A stretch of 64,000 nucleotides of DNA from positions 20,708,001 to 20,772,000 of the forward strand of contig OZ059897.1 of assembly GCA_964057225.1 (NCBI GenBank), read 5' to 3'. The stretch's first letter is position 1. Every line of letters starts with the position of its first letter. The notes below the pieces were generated by a model, which was given only the letters and a program-made list of their open reading frames with translations, made no database searches and was not told where the DNA came from. The position numbers and the translations under genes were made by a program. Of the stretch, positions 54,501 to 64,000 are shown one piece after another. This DNA is from Auanema rhodensis (lineage: Eukaryota > Animalia > Nematoda).

Positions 54501-57500
54501 AAAGTAGATGTTTTTAGACTCCATTTTTCAAGGCAAAGACGATGGACAATGTTATTCAACGAAAAAATTAATTCTTCAGGGTGAAAATCGAGGATATAAG
54601 TGTGAACTTATATCAGTTGATATCTCGGTGCATTTTTAAGCTAGCGCAAATCTGATAACACAGATCGACGCAGCTTAAAAATCCGCATCGAATGCACTAT
54701 ACTACATTGAAAAACGCTTAATACAAAAATTAGTTATGATCGTTTGAAAAATGATGCATTAGTGTATGTTGAGTTTCCATGTACACTCAACATTGCTTCC
54801 AAAAACATTTTGACAAAAATTTTTTCGAAAAATTTCAAAATAATTTAGCAAAAAGTAGATGTTTTTAGACTCCATTTTTCAAGGCAAAGACGATGGACAA
54901 TGTTATTCAACGAAAAAATTAATTCTTCAGGGTGAAAATCGAGGATATAAGTGTGAACTTATATCAGTTGATATCTCGGTGCATTTTTAAGCTAGCGCAA
55001 ATCTGATAACACAGATCGACGCAGCTTAAAAATCCGCATCGAATGCACTATACTACATTGAGAAACGCTTAATACAAAAATTAGTTATGATCGTTTGAAA
55101 AATGATGCATTAGTGTATGTTGAGTTTCCATCTACACTCAACATTGCTTCCAAAAACATTTTGACAAAAATTTTTTCGAAAAATTTCAAAATAATTTAGC
55201 GAAAAGTAGATGTTTTTAGATTCGATTTTTCAAGGCAAAGACGATGGACAATGTTATTCAACGAAAAAATTAATTCTTCAGGATGAAAATCGAGGATATA
55301 AGTGTGAACTTATATCAGTTGATATCTCGGTGCATTTTTAAGCTAGCGCAAATCTGATAACACAGATCGACGCAGCTTAAAAATCCGCATCGAATGCACT
55401 ATACTACATTGAGAAAAGCTTAATACAAAAATTAGTTATGATCGTTTGAAAAATGATGCATTAGTGTATGTTGAGTTTCCATGTACACTCAACATTGCTT
55501 CCAAAAACATTTTGACAAAAATTTTTTCGAAAAATTTCAAAATAATTTAGCAAAAAATAGATGTTTTTAGATTCCTTTTTTCAAGGCAAAGACGATGGAC
55601 AATGTTATTCAACGAAAAAATTAATTCTTCAGGGTGAAAATCGAGGATATAAGTGTGAACTTATATCAGTTGATATCTCGGTACATTTTTAAGCTAGCGC
55701 AAATCTGATAACACAGATCGACGCAGCTTAAAAATCCGCATCGAATGCACTATACTACATGGAAGAACGCTAAATACAAAAATTAGTTATGATCGTTTGA
55801 AAAATGATGCATTAGTGTATGTTGAGTTTCCATGTACACTCAACATTGCTTCCAAAAACATTTTGACAAAAATTTTTTCGAAAAATTTCAAGATAATTTA
55901 GCAAAAAGTAGATGTTTTTAGATTCCATTTTTCAAGGCAAAGACGATGGACAATGTTATTCAACGAAAAAATTAATTCTTCAGGGTGAAAATCGAGGATA
56001 TAAGTGTGAACTTATATCAGTTGATATCTCGGTGCATTTTTAAGCTAGCGCAAATCTGATAACACAGATCGACGCAGCTTAAAAATCCGCATCGAATGCA
56101 CTATACTACATTGAGAAACGCTTAATACAAAAATTAGTTATGATCGTTTGAAAAATGATGCATTAGTGTATGTTGAGTTTCCATCTACACTCAACATTGC
56201 TTCCAAAAACATTTTGACAAAAATTTTTTCGAAAAATTTCAAAATAATTTAGCGAAAAGTAGATGTTTTTAGATTCGATTTTTCAAGGCAAAGACGATGG
56301 ACAATGTTATTCAACGAAAAAATTAATTCTTCAGGATGAAAATCGAGGATATAAGTGTGAACTTATATCAGTTGATATCTCGGTGCATTTTTAAGCTAGC
56401 GCAAATCTGATAACACAGATCGACGCAGCTTAAAAATCCGCATCGAATGCACTATACTACATTGAAAAACGCTTAATACAAAAATTAGTTATGATCGTTT
56501 GAAAAATGATGCATTAGTGTATGTTGAGTTTCCATGTACACTCAACATTGCTTCCAAAAACATTTTGACAAAAATTTTTTCGAAAAATTTCAAGATAATT
56601 TACCAAAAAGTAGATGTTTTTAGATTCCATTTTTCAAGGCAAAGACGATAGACAATGTTATTCAACGAAAAAGTTAATTCTTCAGGGTGAAAATCGAGGA
56701 TATAAGTGTGAACTTATATCAGTTGATATCTCGGTGCATTTTTAAGCTAGCGCAAATCTGATAACACAGATCGACGCAGCTTAAAAATCCGCATCGAATG
56801 CACTATACTACATTGAGAAAAGCTTAATACAAAAATTAGTTATGATCGTTTGAAAAATGATGCATTAGTGTATGTTGAGTTTCCATGTACACTCAACATT
56901 GCTTCCAAAAACATTTTGACAAAAATTTTTTCGAAAAATTTCAAAATAATTTAGCAAAAAGTAGATGTTTTTAGATTCCATTTTTCAAGGCAAAGACGAT
57001 AGACAATGTTATTCAACGAAAAAGTTAATTCTTCAGGGTGAAAATCGAGGATATAAGTGTGAACTTATATCAGTTGATATCTCGGTGCATTTTTAAGCTA
57101 GCGCAAATCTGATAACACAGATCGACGCAGCTTAAAAATCCGCATCGAATGCACTATACTACATTGAGAAAAGCTTAATACAAAAATTAGTTATGATCGT
57201 TTGAAAAATGATGCATTAGTGTATGTTGGGTTTCCATGTACACTCAACATTGCTTCCAAAAACATTTTGACAAAAATTTTTTCGAAAAATTTCAAAATAA
57301 TTTAGCAAAAAGTAGATGTTTTTAGATTCCATTTTTCAAGGCAAAGACGATGGACAATGTTATTCAACGAAAAAATTAATTCTTCAGGGTGAAAATCGAG
57401 GATATAAGTGTGAACTTATATCAGTTGATATCTCGGTGCATTTTTAAGCTAGCGCAAATCTGATAACACAGATCGACGCAGCTTAAAAATCCGCATCGAA

Positions 57501-59974
57501 TGCACTATACTACATTGAGAAACGCTTGATACAAAAATTAGTTATGATCGTTTGAAAAATGATGCATTAGTGTATGTTGAGTTTCCATGTACACTCAACA
57601 TTGCTTCCAAAAACATTTTGACAAAAATTTTTTCGAAAAATTTCAAAATAATTTAGCAAAAAGTAGATGTTTTTAGATTCCTTTTTTCAAGGCAAAGACG
57701 ATGGACAATAACATTCAACGAAAAAATTATTTCTTCAGGGTGAAAATCGAGGATATAAGTGTGAACTTATATCAGTTGATATCTCGGTGCATTTTTAAGC
57801 TAGCGCAAATCTGATAACACAGATCGACGCAGCTTAAAAATCCGCATCGAATGCACTATACTACATTGAAAAACGCTTGATACAAAAATTAGTTATGATC
57901 GTTTGAAAAATGATGCATTAGTGTATGTTGAGTTTCCATGTACACTCAACATTGCTTCCAAAAACATTTTGACAAAAATTTTTTCGAAAAATTTCAAAAT
58001 AATTTAGCAAAAAGTAGATGTTTTTAGATTCCATTTTTCAAGGCAAAGACGATGGACAATGTTATTCAACGAAAAAATTATTTCTTCAGGGTGAAAATCG
58101 AGGATATAAGTGTGAACTTATATCAGTTGATATCTCGGTGCATTTTTAAGCTAGCGCAAATCTGATAACACAGATCGACGCAGCTTGAAAATCCGCATCG
58201 AATGCACTATACTACATTGAGAAAAGCTTAATACAAAAATTAGTTATGATCGTTTGAAAAATGATGCATTAGTGTATGTTGAGTTTCCATGTACACTCAA
58301 CATTGCTTCCAAAAACATTTTGACAAAAATTTTTTCGAAAAATTTCAAAATAATTTAGCAAAAAGTAGATGTTTTTAGACTCCATTTTTCAAGGCAAAGA
58401 CGATGGACAATGTTATTCAACGAAAAAATTAATTCTTCAGGGTGAAAATCGAGGATATAAGTGTGAACTTATATCAGTTGATATCTCGGTGCATTTTTAA
58501 GCAAGCGCAAATCTGATAACACAGATCGACGCAGCTTAAAAATCCGCATCGAATGCACTATACTACATTGAAAAACGCTTAATACAAAAATTAGTTATGA
58601 TCGTTTGAAAAATGATGCATTAGTGTATGTTGAGTTTCCATGTACACTCAACATTGCTTCCAAAAACATTTTGACAAAAATTTTTTCGAAAAATTTCAAA
58701 ATAATTTAGCAAAAAGTAGATGTTTTTAGACTCCATTTTTCAAGGCAAAGACGATGGACAATGTTATTCAACGAAAAAATTAATTCTTCAGGGTGAAAAT
58801 CGAGGATATAAGTGTGAACTTATATCAGTTGATATCTCGGTGCATTTTTAAGCAAGCGCAAATCTGATAACACAGATCGACGCAGCTTAAAAATCCGCAT
58901 CGAATGCACTATACTACATTGAAAAACGCTTAATACAAAAATTAGTTATGATCGTTTGAAAAATGATGCATTAGTGTATGTTGAGTTTCCATGTACACTC
59001 AACATTGCTTCCAAAAACATTTTGACAAAAATTTTTTCGAAAAATTTCAAAATAATTTAGCAAAAAGTAGATGTTTTTAGATTCCATTTTTCAAGGCAAA
59101 GACGATGGACAATGTTATTCAACGAAAAAATTAATTCTTCAGGGTGAAAATCGAGGATATAAGTGTGAACTTATATCAGTTGATATCTCGGTGCATTTTT
59201 AAGCTAGCGCAAATCTGATAACACAGATCGACGCAGCTTGAAAATCCGCATCGAATGCACTATACTACATTGAGAAAAGCTTAATACAAAAATTAGTTAT
59301 GATCGTTTGAAAAATGATGCATTAGTGTATGTTGAGTTTCCATGTACACTCAACATTGCTTCCAAAAACATTTTGACAAAAATTTTTTCGAAAAATTTCA
59401 AAATAATTTAGCAAAAAGTAGATGTTTTTAGACTCCATTTTTCAAGGCAAAGACGATGGACAATGTTATTCAACGAAAAAATTAATTCTTCAGGGTGAAA
59501 ATCGAGGATATAAGTGTGAACTTATATCAGTTGATATCTCGGTGCATTTTTAAGCTAGCGCAAATCTGATAACACAGATCGACGCAGCTTAAAAATCCGC
59601 ATCGAATGCACTATACTACATTGAAAAACGCTTAATACAAAAATTAGTTATGATCGTTTGAAAAATGATGCATTAGTGTATGTTGAGTTTCCATGTACAC
59701 TCAACATTGCTTCCAAAAACATTTTGACAAAAATTTTTTCGAAAAATTTCAAAATAATTTAGCAAAAAGTAGATGTTTTTAGACTCCATTTTTCAAGGCA
59801 AAGACGATGGACAATGTTATTCAACGAAAAAATTAATTCTTCAGGGTGAAAATCGAGGATATAAGTGTGAACTTATATCAGTTGATATCTCGGTGCATTT
59901 TTAAGCTAGCGCAAATCTGATAACACAGATCGACGCAGCTTAAAAATCCGCATCGAATGCACTATACTACATTG
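49957..59974 (+). repeat. Two tandem copies of a 14-monomer (4,914 bp) unit
   Basis: Private variant ACAATAACAT at 52791 and 57705 (offset 4,914 = 14 x 351). The AAGCAAGCG and GACTCC variants repeat at the same offset. Confidence 0.88.
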
Positions 59975-62900
59975 AAAAACGCTTAATACAAAAATTAGTT
60001 ATGATCGTTTGAAAAATGATGCATTAGTGTATGTTGAGTTTCCATGTACACTCAACATTGCTTCCAAAAACATTTTGACAAAAATTTTTTCGAAAAATTT
60101 CAAAATAATTTAGCGAAAAAGTAGATGTTTTTAGATTCCATTTTTCAAGGCAAAGACGATGGACAATGTTATTCAACGAAAAAATTATTTCTTCAGGGTG
60201 AAAATCGAGGATATAAGTGTGAACTTATATCAGTTGATATCTCGGTGCATTTTTAAGCTAGCGCAAATCTGATAACACAGATCGACGCAGCTTAAAAATC
60301 CGCATCGAATGCACTATACTACATGGAAGAACGCTTGATACAAAAATTAGTTATGATCGTTTGAAAAATGATGCATTAGTGTATGTTGAGTTTCCATGTA
60401 CACTCAACATTGCTTCCAAAAACATTTTGACAAAAATTTTTTCGAAAAATTTCAAAATAATTTAGCAAAAAGTAGATGTTTTTAGATTCGATTTTTCAAG
60501 GCAAAGACGATGGACAATGTTATTCAACGAAAAAATTAATTCTTCAGGGTGAAAATCGAGGATATAAGTGTGAACTTATATCAGTTCATATCTCGGTGCA
60601 TTTTTAAGCTAGCGCAAATCTGATAACACAGATCGACGCAGCTTGAAAATCCGCATCGAATGCACTATACTACATTGAGAAAAGCTTAATACAAAAATTA
60701 GTTATGATCGTTTGAAAAATGATGCATTAGTGTATGTTGAGTTTCCATGTACACTCAACATTGCTTCCAAAAACATTTTGACAAAAATTTTTTCGAAAAA
60801 TTTCAAAATAATTTAGCAAAAAGTAGATGTTTTTAGACTCCATTTTTCAAGGCAAAGACGATGGACAATGTTATTCAACGAAAAAATTAATTCTTCAGGG
60901 TGAAAATCGAGGATATAAGTGTGAACTTATATCAGTTGATATCTCGGTGCATTTTTAAGCTAGCGCAAATCTGATAACACAGATCGACGCAGCTTAAAAA
61001 TCCGCATCGAATGCACTATACTACATTGAGAAAAGCTTAATACAAAAATTAGTTATGATCGTTTGAAAAATGATGCATTAGTGTATGTTGGGTTTCCATG
61101 TACACTCAACATTGCTTCCAAAAACATTTTGACAAAAATTTTTTCGAAAAATTTCAAAATAATTTAGCGAAAAATAGATGTTTTTAGATTCGATTTTTCA
61201 AGGCAAAGACGATGGACAATGTTATTCAACGAAAAAATTAATTCTTCAGGGTGAAAATCGAGGATATAAGTGTGAACTTATATCAGTTGATATCTCGGTG
61301 CATTTTTAAGCTAGCGCAAATCTGATAACACAGATCGACGCAGCTTAAAAATCCGCATCGAATGCACTATACTACATTGAGAAAAGCTTAATACAAAAAT
61401 TAGTTATGATCGTTTGAAAAATGATGCATTAGTGTATGTTGGGTTTCCATGTACACTCAACATTGCTTCCAAAAACATTTTGACAAAAATTTTTTCGAAA
61501 AATTTCAAAATAATTTAGCAAAAAGTAGATGTTTTTAGATTCCATTTTTCAAGGCAAAGACGATGGACAATGTTATTCAACGAAAAAATTATTTCTTCAG
61601 GGTGAAAATCGAGGATATAAGTGTGAACTTATATCAGTTGATATCTCGGTGCATTTTTAAGCTAGCGCAAATCTGATAACACAGATCGACGCAGCTTAAA
61701 AATCCGCATCGAATGCACTATACTACATGGAAGAACGCTTGATACAAAAATTAGTTATGATCGTTTGAAAAATGATGCATTAGTGTATGTTGAGTTTCCA
61801 TGTACACTCAACATTGCTTCCAAAAACATTTTGACAAAAATTTTTTCGAAAAATTTCAAAATAATTTAGCAAAAAGTAGATGTTTTTAGATTCGATTTTT
61901 CAAGGCAAAGACGATGGACAATGTTATTCAACGAAAAAATTAATTCTTCAGGGTGAAAATCGAGGATATAAGTGTGAACTTATATCAGTTGATATCTCGG
62001 TGCATTTTTAAGCTAGCGCAAATCTGATAACACAGATCGACGCAGCTTAAAAATCCGCATCGAATGCACTATACTACATTGAGAAAAGCTTAATACAAAA
62101 ATTAGTTATGATCGTTTGAAAAATGATGCATTAGTGTATGTTGGGTTTCCATGTACACTCAACATTGCTTCCAAAAACATTTTGACAAAAATTTTTTCGA
62201 AAAATTTCAAAATAATTTAGCAAAAAGTAGATGTTTTTAGATTCCATTTTTCAAGGCAAAGACGATGGACAATGTTATTCAACGAAAAAATTAATTCTTC
62301 AGGGTGAAAATCGAGGATATAAGTGTGAACTTATATCAGTTGATATCTCGGTGCATTTTTAAGCTAGCGCAAATCTGATAACACAGATCGACGCAGCTTA
62401 AAAATCCGCATCGAATGCACTATACTACATGGAAGAACGCTTGATACAAAAATTAGTTATGATCGTTTGAAAAATGATGCATTAGTGTATGTTGAGTTTC
62501 CATGTACACTCAACATTGCTTCCAAAAACATTTTGACAAAAATTTTTTCGAAAAATTTCAAAATAATTTAGCGAAAAATAGATGTTTTTAGATTCGATTT
62601 TTCAAGGCAAAGACGATGGACAATGTTATTCAACGAAAAAATTAATTCTTCAGGGTGAAAATCGAGGATATAAGTGTGAACTTATATCAGTTGATATCTC
62701 GGTGCATTTTTAAGCTAGCGCAAATCTGATAACACAGATCGACGCAGCTTAAAAATCCGCATCGAATGCACTATACTACATGGAAGAACGCTTGATACAA
62801 AAATTAGTTATGATCGTTTGAAAAATGATGCATTAGTGTATGTTGAGTTTCCATGTACACTCAACATTGCTTCCAAAAACATTTTGACAAAAATTTTTTC

Positions 62901-64000
62901 GAAAAATTTCAAAATAATTTAGCAAAAAGTAGATGTTTTTAGATTCCATTTTTCAAGGCAAAGACGATGGACAATGTTATTCAACGAAAAAATTAATTCT
63001 TCAGGGTGAAAATCGAGGATATAAGTGTGAACTTATATCAGTTGATATCTCGGTGCATTTTTAAGCTAGCGCAAATCTGATAACACAGATCGACGCAGCT
63101 TAAAAATCCGCATCGAATGCACTATACTACATGGAAGAACGCTTAATACAAAAATTAGTTATGATCGTTTGAAAAATGATGCATTAGTGTATGTTGAGTT
63201 TCCATGTACACTCAACATTGCTTCCAAAAACATTTTGACAAAAATTTTTTCGAAAAATTTCAAAATAATTTAGCAAAAAGTAGATGTTTTTAGATTCCAT
63301 TTTTCAAGGCAAAGACGATGGACAATGTTATTCAACGAAAAAATTAATTCTTCAGGGTGAAAATCGAGGATATAAGTGTGAACTTATATCAGTTGATATC
63401 TCGGTGCATTTTTAAGCTAGCGCAAATCTGATAACACAGATCGACGCAGCTTGAAAATCCGCATCGAATGCACTATATTACATTGAGAAAAACTTAATAC
63501 AAAAATTAGTTATGATCGTTTGAAAAATGATGCATTAGTGTATGTTGAGTTTCCATGTACACTCAACATTGCTTCCAAAAACATTTTGACAAAAATTTTT
63601 TCGAAAAATTTCAAAATAATTTAGCAAAAAGTAGATGTTTTTAGATTCCATTTTTCAAGGCAAAGACGATGGACAATGTTATTCAACGAAAAAATTAATT
63701 CTTCAGGGTGAAAATCGAGGATATAAGTGTGAACTTATATCAGTTGATATCTCGGTGCATTTTTAAGCTAGCGCAAATCTGATAACACAGATCGACGCAG
63801 CTTGAAAATCCGCATCGAATGCACTATATTACATTGAGAAAAACTTAATACAAAAATTAGTTATGATCGTTTGAAAAATGATGCATTAGTGTATGTTGAG
63901 TTTCCATGTACACTCAACATTGCTTCCAAAAACATTTTGACAAAAATTTTTTCGAAAAATTTCAAAATATTTTAGCAAAAAGTAGATGTTTTTAGACTCC

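Larger units (their letters stand above)
1..64000. repeat. Tandem satellite DNA array, 351-bp monomer, ~182.3 head-to-tail copies, extends beyond both window edges
   Basis: GCATT(A/C)GTGTATGTTG recurs at 1, 352, 703 ... 7021 (20 x 351), 14041, 21061, 28081, 35101, 42121. The register shifts -1 after ~43296 and is restored at ~60120 (monomer start again at 63181). No non-repeat sequence or orientation switch seen. Confidence 0.99.

Noticed and set aside
1-64000. Giant repetitive protein gene (351 = 117 codons)
   Set aside because: The six-frame track reports no long ORF; fixed stops such as TGA at monomer 178-180 occur in every copy.
1-64000. CRISPR array or integron cassette array (regular palindromes)
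   Set aside because: The sequence between palindromes is the same in every unit; there are no unique spacers or cassettes and no cas or integrase genes.

Overview
The whole 64-kb window is one uninterrupted head-to-tail tandem array of a 351-bp monomer: 182 full copies plus a 118-bp partial, about 69% AT by hand count of the consensus. Copies differ by only a few substitutions, and I saw only two 1-bp indels. This is best explained as eukaryotic satellite DNA (centromeric/pericentromeric type; host not identifiable from sequence alone). I find no credible gene, RNA gene, CRISPR array or transposon insertion. The single 63-aa ORF is an accident of one recombinant monomer. There are two layers of structure. 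(1) The monomer is dense in inverted repeats, including a 9-bp stem I saw no change in, whose loop alleles are all GNRA (GTGA/GTAA/GGAA), and a long interrupted hairpin whose common variants are mostly G-U compatible. (2) Diagnostic SNPs give a readable array history: local trimer higher-order repeats, a 27-monomer (9.5 kb) duplication, a 14-monomer (4,914 bp) tandem duplication, an older ~28-30 kb echo and a 9-bp micro-inversion. Monomer numbering starts arbitrarily at window position 1. All typing was done by eye and needs computational confirmation.
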